64,000 bases of DNA from a virus. Each line of letters starts with the position of its first letter. Position 1 is the first letter of the stretch. Where the stretch lies: the IMG/VR virus record IMGVR_UViG_3300022602_001838, positions 17,548-81,547 of that record, one strand, 5' to 3'. The translations under genes were made by a program, and so were the position numbers. Shown piece after piece: positions 9,321-18,371 of this stretch. The notes beneath the pieces are model-generated. The model had not been told where the DNA came from, did no database searches, and saw nothing but the letters and a program-made list of their open reading frames with translations.

Positions 9321-9688
9321 TAACTGGCCTCGCTACGTCCGTCACCTAGGTTCTTGCGATCAATGACTCGTGGACGAGCATCATATGGTTGATTAGACTC
9401 CCATTGCTCATAGTTTTCCATAGCAATGTTCTTGCAGATAGTTTGGAACCAACGATCAATGATAACATCTTCTGCTTCGTTGGGCTTGCTTTGATAGCCA
9501 GCACGAACTAGATTAGTGATGAATTTCTCATTCCAATCTAATTCAAATGCGCCATTACCCACATTGTCTGGATCAAGTTCAATGCTTATGATAGCAACAT
9601 AGGGTTCACCCGCTTCTGTTGCGATTTCTTTTGCTGTCTTTACAGCTTCTGCTGGTTTCTTAGCAGGTGTTTTCTTTACTGTGGCCAT
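9320..9688 (-). CDS. hypothetical phage protein
   Basis: Likely start MATVKK at 9688, coupled to queE stop; FELDWN motif. Confidence 0.65.
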   Translation of the reverse strand: MATVKKTPAKKPAEAVKTAKEIATEAGEPYVAIISIELDPDNVGNGAFELDWNEKFITNLVRAGYQSKPNEAEDVIIDRWFQTICKNIAMENYEQWESNQPYDARPRVIDRKNLGDGRSEAS

Positions 9689-10536
9689 TAGGTTCCCCAT
9701 TCATTTTTAAATAGCGGCACTTGCAATCGGTCGCTGTAACGCCAACCCTTACGCATTGCCATTTCTGCTACAGCACGATTGTTTAGACCATAGACTGATT
9801 CAACGCCGCCGCAGGGCATTAGATAAACGTGCCCTTTAAAGCCCTCTGCACGATATTCAGCTACAGTATCTTCAATCTCTTGTAAGTCAGTGTCGTGTGC
9901 TATAACAAACTTTAGATACACTGTACCAACATCTTCGTATTCGCAAACGATTTTGGGTCGGATGGCTTCTTCGTGCTTCTCGCCACTAATACTTAGTTTT
10001 GGGCTGACACTGAAAGTAATTTCACGATCTGGTGATTGTGTAGCCCAGCCACGCAAAAAGTTGTAGAAACTTGCGCTGAGTTCCTGTGTGCCATTTGTTT
10101 CAAAGGTCAGTTCTTTTAGTTCTGCCATGAAAGGGTGTGTGAGTAAGTCTGGATAACTGCGTTGCCATCCTAGAAGCGGCTCACCGCCTGTGATAACCAA
10201 GTGCGCATCCTGCCAAGCCCCTCCAGGCAATATATTCCTACAACGATCGGCAATAGCATCAATTGTAAGCATAGGACTAAGGTCCTTAAAATCAGGGTGC
10301 CAACTAGCGTAACTGTCACATCCAGTTTCTGTGAGAGGAAGTTCTTCATATTTTGTGTATAAGTGTTTGACGGTTGCAATATCATCTGCTTCTGTACTTA
10401 GTTGACCCTTGGGCATACCAAAGCCGGCGCACTTGAAATTGCAGCCAAATGTTCTAAGAAACACGCTGGGTACGCCCATATAGCGCCCCTCGCCCTGAAT
10501 ACTATAAAACAATTCTGCGATTTTAATTTTGCTCAT
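9688..10536 (-). CDS. queE: 7-carboxy-7-deazaguanine synthase (radical SAM)
   Basis: ELFYSIQGEG, FLRTFGCNFKC...GCDS, ITGGEPLL, FETNGT, VSPK, RLQ. Confidence 0.92.
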   Translation of the reverse strand: MSKIKIAELFYSIQGEGRYMGVPSVFLRTFGCNFKCAGFGMPKGQLSTEADDIATVKHLYTKYEELPLTETGCDSYASWHPDFKDLSPMLTIDAIADRCRNILPGGAWQDAHLVITGGEPLLGWQRSYPDLLTHPFMAELKELTFETNGTQELSASFYNFLRGWATQSPDREITFSVSPKLSISGEKHEEAIRPKIVCEYEDVGTVYLKFVIAHDTDLQEIEDTVAEYRAEGFKGHVYLMPCGGVESVYGLNNRAVAEMAMRKGWRYSDRLQVPLFKNEWGT

Positions 10537-10816
10537 AAATGTTTGACCACTTTGTTAGTTTATCTTTTTTCTGTAGTTTGGCCATTTCTAGCCCTTCTTG
10601 TGTGACAACCCCTTGTTCGACTAGAATATCAATCATGGCTAGTACATCACCTAGTTCCATTTGTAGATGTGTTCTGTGTGTGAGACCACTTTTGTAGTGT
10701 TTGTCATCAAATCCAAATCTGCGAACTTTGCTGACTTCTACAATGGCTTCTGCACATTCTTCTTGTAGTATGTCTAGTGCTTCTTGAATTTGTTCTTGAG
10801 TTTTTCCGGGTGTCAT
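10523..10816 (-). CDS. MazG-like NTP pyrophosphohydrolase
   Basis: QEECAE...ELGDVL motif. Confidence 0.7.
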   Translation of the reverse strand: MTPGKTQEQIQEALDILQEECAEAIVEVSKVRRFGFDDKHYKSGLTHRTHLQMELGDVLAMIDILVEQGVVTQEGLEMAKLQKKDKLTKWSNIYEQN

Positions 10817-10992
10817 ATTTGATTCCAATGTCTTAAAATACCTGCTACGATAAACAAGTTTGTCACTACAGATATTAACACAATTGCGCTACGGATACAA
10901 GCAATTAGGTCTGCTTCTCGATCCGTACCGCCAGTTTTTTCACCAAGAGCTTTCGCCCAAAGTCTCCAGAGATTACGCAAACAAGTCCTCAT
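10813..10992 (-). CDS. small membrane protein
   Basis: WAKALGEK...AD..A.IR followed by a hydrophobic helix. Confidence 0.55.
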   Translation of the reverse strand: MRTCLRNLWRLWAKALGEKTGGTDREADLIACIRSAIVLISVVTNLFIVAGILRHWNQI

Positions 10993-11518
10993 TCCATTCT
11001 CTGTGGCCTTCACGGAAAGCCATGTTGCTCTGTGTCTCACGCACTTCTACACGGTAGCACCAAAGTCTTTTTGCTTCTCCTGGGCCCCACATTTCAGGAA
11101 TGTAAACGCCATTCACATACTTGTAGAGTTGATCACTCAGTGCTTCGCAGCCCAATGCTGGCAGCACAATGATCTTGGCCATTTTCTTTTCTTGTAGCAG
11201 TTTGAAAGTTTCAAGTTCTGGATCATCTTGAGCCACGATTAAGGTATGGTCGAACTGATCTTCAAGAAACTTCTTCAAGTCTTTCAATCCGCCATAGTCT
11301 GCGGCCCAGTTGCGAACGTCTAGGTCATCTGTACCAAAGTAGAACTTCATACTGAATGAGTATCCATGGATTAGATTACAATGGCTATCTGCACGCCACT
11401 GTCTATATGCACAAGGAAATGCATCGTGATACTCTTTTGTGCTGGTGTATTTGTATTGAACTGGATGACGAAGATACTGTCTGTAATCTTTATCTACTGC
11501 GTTAAAATCGTCTGACAT
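10973..11518 (-). CDS. queD: 6-carboxytetrahydropterin synthase (QueD/PTPS)
   Basis: HCNLIHGYS, DYG.LK, FDH, EVRET; SD AGGAG. Confidence 0.88.
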   Translation of the reverse strand: MSDDFNAVDKDYRQYLRHPVQYKYTSTKEYHDAFPCAYRQWRADSHCNLIHGYSFSMKFYFGTDDLDVRNWAADYGGLKDLKKFLEDQFDHTLIVAQDDPELETFKLLQEKKMAKIIVLPALGCEALSDQLYKYVNGVYIPEMWGPGEAKRLWCYRVEVRETQSNMAFREGHREWNEDLFA

Positions 11519-11526
11519 GCTGTTTT

Positions 11527-11589
11527 CTCCTATGTTAATTTTAGCATAGGCTGGCAGAGTTTGTAAAGCGGGATGAAGCCAAGGCCGCT
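11527..11589 (-). promoter_or_regulatory. candidate preQ1-I-like riboswitch plus SD-sequestering hairpin
   Basis: AGCGG-CCU-UGGC-UUCAUC-CCGCU-UUACAAACUCU-GCCA pseudoknot, then CCUAUG..CAUAGG hairpin overlapping AGGAG. Confidence 0.6.
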
Positions 11590-12427
11590 AGATCAACTGA
11601 CCGATCAGTGATTCTTTATTACCATACCAATGTGGAATTGGTTCTGGTTTGTCTTTCTCACGCATCCGTTTGATGTTCATAAACTCAGTAGAAACATTTA
11701 AGAATGGTATGAAGTAACTATATTTAACCCTGACCCCTACATTGTAGAATTGTATTTTATTATATTGTTCATCTAGTGTGCAATCAAACTGGTTGACATA
11801 ACTCAGTGCAATCTCGGGAGTATATAGAAAGAATCCAGCTGGGTGTTTTCCATTACGATGTATGGTCAATGGGAAATCCACATAATCACAAAAGAACTGT
11901 TGTCGTTCGAGGTCCCAGTTTGGATCAGCAAGTCCGCTGATACACACCCCTCCCAATTGCTCTACATAGTCTGCCAAATACAAATAGATTGTGGTTGTAT
12001 AGTCACGAGTGTATTTAGGCAATATACGCAAGTATGGTTTAATAACTTTTCTGAGCAATTCTTCTGGAGTAAACGTGAGTACTATGGGCCGGATACCACG
12101 CTTATTGCACCAGTAGTCTGCGTACCATTTTTCTGGATAATTCACATCACCCAAATCAACAATGATGGGCGTGAATGGAATATTTTGCTCGTAGAATGAA
12201 TTGGCAACACGCTCACTGTCTATGCCGCCACTGAGCATAAGATACAGGGGTTTGTTCCCCCAGTCTGTGTAGATGCACTGTGCGTTGTAGGCTGCTGCCT
12301 CATCAAAGTTAGTGTACAACTTAGTTGCTTTTTGATGACTCTGAAACAACAACTGTTCTTGTGGCATAGCAACACTGAACCAGTTGTTTCGGCCAGCATA
12401 ACTCCAATCAACTGTGGTCTTGCTCAT
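11588..12427 (-). CDS. PP-loop (adenine nucleotide alpha-hydrolase-like) protein
   Basis: LMLSGGIDSE. Confidence 0.6.
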   Translation of the reverse strand: MSKTTVDWSYAGRNNWFSVAMPQEQLLFQSHQKATKLYTNFDEAAAYNAQCIYTDWGNKPLYLMLSGGIDSERVANSFYEQNIPFTPIIVDLGDVNYPEKWYADYWCNKRGIRPIVLTFTPEELLRKVIKPYLRILPKYTRDYTTTIYLYLADYVEQLGGVCISGLADPNWDLERQQFFCDYVDFPLTIHRNGKHPAGFFLYTPEIALSYVNQFDCTLDEQYNKIQFYNVGVRVKYSYFIPFLNVSTEFMNIKRMREKDKPEPIPHWYGNKESLIGQLI

Positions 12428-12746
12428 ACCTATCCATAGTCTCTTGCATATTGTGTGTTACGATTTCATCGTAATACTTCAACAGAAACAAACTTGCCGT
12501 CGACGCATCTGTGCCAGAAAATCTGACCAAGTAATTACCAGTGCCGTCTTGCATTTTGTGGCTGGGCTTGGCTTTACCAAAGCGAACGTGTTTGATCATA
12601 CGTTTGCGACCATGATAGTCATATTCTTCTGTGGCCCAGGCTTCGCCACCTTGTAATAGAAACCACTGACACATTTCATCGGTTAGATCGTTGACTGCAA
12701 ATTTGATTTCATAGCCAACTGTACATCCGGGAGGTAAACTAATCAT
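12408..12746 (-). CDS. hypothetical phage protein
   Basis: 112 aa; overlaps both neighbours. Confidence 0.6.
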   Translation of the reverse strand: MISLPPGCTVGYEIKFAVNDLTDEMCQWFLLQGGEAWATEEYDYHGRKRMIKHVRFGKAKPSHKMQDGTGNYLVRFSGTDASTASLFLLKYYDEIVTHNMQETMDRYEQDHS

Positions 12747-13588
12747 AATAATTTTCCAAGCAATTCTTGCGTGTCGCCCAATAAGGCACTATCAATGCTA
12801 CCAAACAAGTCTCTGGGCTGTCTTAGTTTAGTCAATTGTCTAGCACTTTTTAAAAATGGTGCATTGATCATCTTGGGTCTGTACTCTGTATTATACAACT
12901 TTGCCTTGGCCTTTGTCATGTCCATACTAGTATCCCAGTTACCAATCACACTTGCCATAATTTCTGGACTCCAGTAAAAGAATGCCCAAGGATGTTGATT
13001 GGGACTCAGAATTTCGAAATAGGCGTCACACTCATTTAGTACAAAGCCACGATAGTCTTTGGGTATGCCCTCTAGCCCACTGAATTGCTCATCAGGATGA
13101 TATTCTACTTGCATACCCGCAATTATGTGACCATTTCTGCGCTCTACTTCATCAACTAAGAGTACAGGGGTAACCCCGATGTGCAATCTTGCTCTGGTAG
13201 TTTTAAGTGCATTGCGATACACTCCGTTGTCCATTATCTCATAGCCAAAATGCAAATGCAATGGCTCAATGTTTCTGTGCTTGCACCAACGAAACGCATA
13301 GTCAGTTTCTTCTGTAGCAATTTCACCCAGTGTCATTATAACTGGTACAAAATCAATTTTGTTTCTGTACAGCACATTGGCTACGTGTTCACTGTCTGCG
13401 CCGCCGCTGAATGATAGATGCAGATTGTCATACTGTGCAGCAATTTCTTGTGCTGTTTGATCACATACTGCGTCAAAGTCCACTAGACCAGATGCTCGTT
13501 GTTTAAACTCAATTGTGAAATTTTCTTTGATGTGTCTGGGTATCTTGCCTTCCCACGACATATCTATCCAATTATTTTTTGATAGCAT
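12743..13588 (-). CDS. PP-loop protein, paralog of 11588-12427
   Basis: LSFSGGADSE; shared HP..FF..(T/S)PEI. Confidence 0.6.
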   Translation of the reverse strand: MLSKNNWIDMSWEGKIPRHIKENFTIEFKQRASGLVDFDAVCDQTAQEIAAQYDNLHLSFSGGADSEHVANVLYRNKIDFVPVIMTLGEIATEETDYAFRWCKHRNIEPLHLHFGYEIMDNGVYRNALKTTRARLHIGVTPVLLVDEVERRNGHIIAGMQVEYHPDEQFSGLEGIPKDYRGFVLNECDAYFEILSPNQHPWAFFYWSPEIMASVIGNWDTSMDMTKAKAKLYNTEYRPKMINAPFLKSARQLTKLRQPRDLFGSIDSALLGDTQELLGKLL

Positions 13589-14351
13589 TTAAGTGATGCA
13601 GTTTTAAGTCTGATAGATTATTGACGGGAACGGCAACAATGTTTTCACACAATTCTTTGTCCTGTGCCCAAGCCTCTTCCCAAACAGTTTCATTCAACAC
13701 CCATTCTGCGTCTGAGATTCTGCTGTCACGATATTTGTATATGACAACATCTGTGCCCGTTGCTGTAGCAACTGCAACATTTACAAATAGTGCGCCCTGT
13801 TGCCACTCAATGGTTGTGTTGGGATAAATTGTAGTCCATACTGCATCCTGATCCTGTACAAACTGATGCGATCCACAGTCAAAGAACTCTGTACGTATTG
13901 TGGATACATCTGTGATGCCTATTTTGTCATAAACGCCCCTGTGTACTACGGGGATATGTTCTATGTCCAAGAATACATCTATGAATATTTCTGGACTAGT
14001 CTTTAGGCTGTCAACACGACATTCTACTAATTGCATAAAAGACAAGTCTATGGGATAATCAAACTCAATCTGTTCGCTGAATAACATATTGCCCACTGTG
14101 TAGACGGGCTTTGTTTCTAACTGATAACTGTTGTCTAGTCCCGTGCCCATGGAGTCAAAGCGTAGACCGTGGTAAGGACATACCATTACATCACTGCACA
14201 CCTTTTTCGCTAATAAACTATTTTGATGGGGACAAACATTGGACAACAACGATATGTGATCATTGTTTTTTGTCAGTGCCCAATGTTTGTTGAGTTGTAG
14301 TAATGGTCTAATTTGATTGTCAGATAAATTTTGGACTAATCCTAAGAACAT
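13572..14351 (-). CDS. Rieske non-heme iron oxygenase alpha-subunit-like
   Basis: CPH...CPYHG Rieske ligands; DIEHIPVVH and late D mononuclear Fe ligands. Confidence 0.82.
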   Translation of the reverse strand: MFLGLVQNLSDNQIRPLLQLNKHWALTKNNDHISLLSNVCPHQNSLLAKKVCSDVMVCPYHGLRFDSMGTGLDNSYQLETKPVYTVGNMLFSEQIEFDYPIDLSFMQLVECRVDSLKTSPEIFIDVFLDIEHIPVVHRGVYDKIGITDVSTIRTEFFDCGSHQFVQDQDAVWTTIYPNTTIEWQQGALFVNVAVATATGTDVVIYKYRDSRISDAEWVLNETVWEEAWAQDKELCENIVAVPVNNLSDLKLHHLNAIKK

Positions 14352-14358
14352 ACAGTAT

Positions 14359-14820
14359 TTATTTGCCAGCCATTCTACTGTTCAAGTATTCTTCGTGCTG
14401 TATCCATTTGCCACGAGTCAGAAATCCCCATTCACGTTTTTGTGGACCTGGCATAAAAACGGTCCAACATTCTACGCTAGGATCAAGCTCAATACGATGA
14501 AAGCTGCCAGCGCTACATATACGAAAATGGCCGGGTCCACACCACCGAGCCATCTCGCCAATTTTCTTTCCTGCTGCATCAAACTGCGGAGTCCATTCAT
14601 AATAACCACCCTTCAAAATAACAGTAGCATAGCTCCAAGGATGATCGTGAACATCATCTGGATCACTCTTTAGAAACTTGTGCAAGAACACATTGAAGGG
14701 AAACTTTTTGCGATCTTTCAGAAACAAGTAGTAGCGCTCGAGATAAGGTTCATTGTCAATCCTGTCCATTACAATACGTTTGCGGCCCAAGCTGTCGAGC
14801 CAATTGAGAAACCAAGTCAT
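14359..14820 (-). CDS. cupin-fold protein
   Basis: HDHPW...GGYYE...FHRI. Confidence 0.65.
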   Translation of the reverse strand: MTWFLNWLDSLGRKRIVMDRIDNEPYLERYYLFLKDRKKFPFNVFLHKFLKSDPDDVHDHPWSYATVILKGGYYEWTPQFDAAGKKIGEMARWCGPGHFRICSAGSFHRIELDPSVECWTVFMPGPQKREWGFLTRGKWIQHEEYLNSRMAGK

Positions 14821-14837
14821 TGTATCTCCTATACATG

Positions 14838-15128
14838 TCAGTTGATTTGTGTTGCCACGTTCCGGTCTAGGCAGAGAATGATGTGCGGAGTCTTGACCGT
14901 GATTGGTTCATCTCCGGGCGGAAACATTATGTATCCATTGGGATCATTGGTCTTAGTTCCATCCAGACGTATGCCACCTTGAGCATGTAGTCGTCGTGCT
15001 TGACCGCGACTCTGCGCCAATCCTGTTTGTACCAGAATGCCAGGCAAATCAATAGCATCTACCCACTTATCCAGTGGCACATAACGCCACTGTGTCAATA
15101 CGTCCAATAACGAAACGTCACTTGTCAT
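14838..15128 (-). CDS. stand-alone S4 RNA-binding domain (TyrS C-terminal-like)
   Basis: LVQTGLAQSRGQARRL..QGGIRLDG. Confidence 0.65.
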   Translation of the reverse strand: MTSDVSLLDVLTQWRYVPLDKWVDAIDLPGILVQTGLAQSRGQARRLHAQGGIRLDGTKTNDPNGYIMFPPGDEPITVKTPHIILCLDRNVATQIN

Positions 15129-16306
15129 TGTATCTCCTTGATGTAAAAACTTGTGTCCAATAATTGTAGCATATAGCTCTTGTTTGTTGATGTGTTTCGG
15201 TAAACTGCCGCTGCCTGTGCTGTTGTGTGCCCTGCTGCCATGTCTGAGAAAGCAGTGGGTTGATACACTGTGTGGTCGCTGACTCGATACAATCTAGTGC
15301 CCACACTATTGCCTGGCATCAGGATCATTGGTGTGTTGTCTACAGTGACCAAATAACTATAATAGTCGTTGCCCAATGTGTCCAGAGTAGCGTAGTACAA
15401 ATAAGTATTACCAGCAGTGTTGACCCAAATATCACGACCATTTCCCGAGTTGTGCATAGTGATTAAGTCTTTGATACCATCACCAGTTACGTCTACTGCG
15501 ATTGAGTCGATTGTGGCATCTTCACCGGGCTGTGCTGTGATTCCTACTGCGCTTTGAAATACCATTGCGCTGTCGTATACGTTGATATTGTCTGGGATAC
15601 CTGTTGCGTAGTTGTTGGACAAGAAGATATCCACGTCACCGTTTGTTTGATGCATTACTGCACAGGAACTGAAATAGTTGTTACCGTGCAACACTGTGTT
15701 GTCTAGTACAAAAGTTCTGTTGCCCTGATTATAGTAGATGCCACCACTAGCTCCACTATCAGCCACAATCATATCAAGTTTACCATCGCCATTCACATCG
15801 TCAATGCAAGCACCGTGTGATTCTGTTTGCTCTGTGAATGTTTGTCGTGTGAATTGTGCATTACTGCCTGTACCCCAGAACATCACACTGTTTGCTGGGA
15901 CTTCTGCGCTGCCGTCACGAAAGCCCGGCAACCAAATATCATTCTTACCATCGTTGTCAAAATCAGCAATGAATACGTGCTGACTGCCCAAGTAAGTGTT
16001 GCTGCCCAATAAGCTCAAGGTGCTGTCTGTGAGTGTGCCATCTGCGTTTTGAGTAAAGACCCAAAGATGTGCCACAGCACTGTCATATTTCCAACCACCG
16101 ACTACAACATCTTCTAGACCATCGCCATTCAGATCGCCCACTGCTGTGTTATACACTGTGTCTACGTTGGTGCTCTGTACTGCTAGAACTAAAGTATTAC
16201 TCAGTGTATGCGATGAGTTGCTTGTGGGTTCACTAGACCCACCGGGACCACCGCCACAAGCAGTTAGAACTAAAGACAACAGAATTGGGGCAATGAATTT
16301 GTTCAT
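15125..16306 (-). CDS. lipoprotein with FG-GAP/VCBS repeats
   Basis: MNKFIAPILLSLVLTA-C lipobox; repeats GDLNGDGLED, ADFDNDGKND, DDVNGDGKLD, VDVTGDGIKD. Confidence 0.8.
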   Translation of the reverse strand: MNKFIAPILLSLVLTACGGGPGGSSEPTSNSSHTLSNTLVLAVQSTNVDTVYNTAVGDLNGDGLEDVVVGGWKYDSAVAHLWVFTQNADGTLTDSTLSLLGSNTYLGSQHVFIADFDNDGKNDIWLPGFRDGSAEVPANSVMFWGTGSNAQFTRQTFTEQTESHGACIDDVNGDGKLDMIVADSGASGGIYYNQGNRTFVLDNTVLHGNNYFSSCAVMHQTNGDVDIFLSNNYATGIPDNINVYDSAMVFQSAVGITAQPGEDATIDSIAVDVTGDGIKDLITMHNSGNGRDIWVNTAGNTYLYYATLDTLGNDYYSYLVTVDNTPMILMPGNSVGTRLYRVSDHTVYQPTAFSDMAAGHTTAQAAAVYRNTSTNKSYMLQLLDTSFYIKEIQ

Positions 16307-16312
16307 AGCCCT

Positions 16313-16341
16313 ATTATACAATCAATTTGATTTTATGTCAA
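16313..16341 (-). promoter_or_regulatory. consensus sigma70 promoter, leaderless start
   Basis: TTGACA-17-TATAAT, ATG 6 nt downstream. Confidence 0.8.
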
Positions 16342-16342
16342 A

Positions 16343-17044
16343 TCAGCGTGGGGCAAAGTCCTGTTGCAGTTTGATGTTGTCAAAGAATTCTTTCTTGGTG
16401 CCTAAGTCTTCTTTGAACGCACCACGAAGAACGGTTGTTTGTGTAAGGGACGAGTGCGCCATAATACCACGGTTTTCACAGCAACCGTGTGTGGCTTGGA
16501 TATAAACTCCAACATCAGTCGAACCCGTTGCCAACATAATCTCCCGAGCAATGTCCAAGCAGAGTTCTTCTTGTAGTGTACCTCTTCTGGCACACCATTG
16601 TGCGATGCGACTATATTTTGATAGGCCGATAAGTTTAGGCCCAGCAATGATTCCAATATAAGCCACGCCTGTAACAGGTTGATGATGATGGCTACACATA
16701 CTCTTGAGTTCGCTGCGAACGACAAGCATACCCTCATATCGTCCCTCAGTATCATTTGGGAAAGCTGTAGCGCTCGGACTTGGCTCATATCGCCCAGCCA
16801 TAATTTCATTGAAGTACATTTTGGCGAGTCGTCGGGCTGTGTCTTTTGAGTTTGGGTCATTTTGTCTGTCAATCAACAATGTGTCAAGCACTTGCTCGAA
16901 AGCCTGTGTGGCTTCGTCAATCAAGACCGCTTTTTGTTCCTCGTCTACATAATCGCTGATATTGTCTCCAGCCCAAAACCGTTTGCCGTTAGAACGCATT
17001 TGATTGCGAATTACTTGTGATAAGTTTTTACTTGTATCTGTCAT
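16343..17044 (-). CDS. folE: GTP cyclohydrolase I
   Basis: SMCSHH, GLSKYSR, LQEE, HGCCENRG. Confidence 0.93.
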   Translation of the reverse strand: MTDTSKNLSQVIRNQMRSNGKRFWAGDNISDYVDEEQKAVLIDEATQAFEQVLDTLLIDRQNDPNSKDTARRLAKMYFNEIMAGRYEPSPSATAFPNDTEGRYEGMLVVRSELKSMCSHHHQPVTGVAYIGIIAGPKLIGLSKYSRIAQWCARRGTLQEELCLDIAREIMLATGSTDVGVYIQATHGCCENRGIMAHSSLTQTTVLRGAFKEDLGTKKEFFDNIKLQQDFAPR

Positions 17045-17052
17045 ATTGTTAC

Positions 17053-17985
17053 TTAGGATTGCTTTATGTCCTGCGGCAAAATTCCACTGTTGTAGTATTT
17101 GGCAAAGCATAAACGATTTGTGTCTACACTACCACGATTGTAATGATCATAGTTGTGATTATGGTCGATACCAAAAATCACAGTCTTGCTGGGCACAAGA
17201 TTCATTTGTTTGCACCAGTCAAGTTGTAACTCTCGGTAAGTGTTGTAAATGTCATCTGCGCCCCAAGTATTCATAAACTCTAGACCAATGGCAGCACCCA
17301 AACGATTTACATACTGTGTCTTATGATACACTAATAAGCTGTCATCGTCATCCTCTCTGGTAAAACGAATGCCAATACGAATCAAGTTGACGGGAAATGT
17401 CTTGCTCAGACTAAATGTAATGTCAGTGATTGCAGGATGATCAAAGTCAAACTCTAATCCACCCACGATGCCAAAAAATGCAGCATCGATCAGGATGGGC
17501 ACACCCTTAGCATAACAATCATCCAAGAATTCTTTAGTGAACATCTTGTGAATATCACCAGTGTCTGCAAACGGCAAACTTGTTACCACTGCATCACCTG
17601 CCTGAATGGGTTCATCGTCAATGAATGCCCAATTAGGGAAGTAGTTACGCCACGCTACTCTGTGGTACATATACTCGCCACGGAAACAACGGAATCGTTT
17701 TGTCGCATTCTTTAGATAGAACTTGTCAAAACTCTCTGTCGTACCGTTGCTATAGGCCATAATGGGAAATGCATCTAGACCCTTGATGGTATTGTTGATG
17801 CTGCCCCCAATCCAAGAACGATACTTGTCGTAATATCGTGGGATAACGCTTTCATCGTGCATACAATCATCAAACATCACACGAGTTGTAAAGAATTGCA
17901 GTGCTGCCTCACGTTTTGTATCAATAACGCATTGTGCAGCCGCAAACGGCCAACCTTTGAGATTAGCTTGTAGCGGCAGTGTCAT
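17053..17985 (-). CDS. PLP-dependent aminotransferase-like protein
   Basis: GTTESF, IDAAF, FSLSK, RIG fold-type I motifs. Confidence 0.65.
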   Translation of the reverse strand: MTLPLQANLKGWPFAAAQCVIDTKREAALQFFTTRVMFDDCMHDESVIPRYYDKYRSWIGGSINNTIKGLDAFPIMAYSNGTTESFDKFYLKNATKRFRCFRGEYMYHRVAWRNYFPNWAFIDDEPIQAGDAVVTSLPFADTGDIHKMFTKEFLDDCYAKGVPILIDAAFFGIVGGLEFDFDHPAITDITFSLSKTFPVNLIRIGIRFTREDDDDSLLVYHKTQYVNRLGAAIGLEFMNTWGADDIYNTYRELQLDWCKQMNLVPSKTVIFGIDHNHNYDHYNRGSVDTNRLCFAKYYNSGILPQDIKQS

Positions 17986-17986
17986 A

Positions 17987-18370
17987 TTATTCCTCAATTT
18001 TTTTGATAATCGGATCACAGTCAATAATCATTTCTGTATCACCCTGTGTCCAGCCATGTTCTTCCAAGTCAAGCCAGCTATTGCCTTCGTCAAAGAATTC
18101 TTCTAGCCATTCCTGTGTTTCTTCATCACATTCATCTGTATCGTGCTCTTCCCAACACCCGTCAAATGTTTCAACTAGTTCAACTTCATAATCACAGTTG
18201 TATAGGTCAGTACCTTCTGTGATATCTGGCGGAGTGTCGTCTTCGGTCTCGCAAGTAAATTTTCCACCACGCCAACCAGTTTCAATGATGATTGTGTTGT
18301 CGTCTTTGTGATAATAAGAGCGTTCAATCAACGACTTTTTCATTGAAGGTGTAATTGTCCAAGTTGCCAT
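17987..18370 (-). CDS. acidic hypothetical protein
   Basis: Start MATWTI, coupled to upstream stop. Confidence 0.6.
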   Translation of the reverse strand: MATWTITPSMKKSLIERSYYHKDDNTIIIETGWRGGKFTCETEDDTPPDITEGTDLYNCDYEVELVETFDGCWEEHDTDECDEETQEWLEEFFDEGNSWLDLEEHGWTQGDTEMIIDCDPIIKKIEE

Positions 18371-18371
18371 A

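Noticed and set aside
11588-13588. Calling the SGGxDS proteins queC
   Set aside because: No QueC C-terminal Cys zinc cluster or other QueC motifs; kept as generic PP-loop proteins
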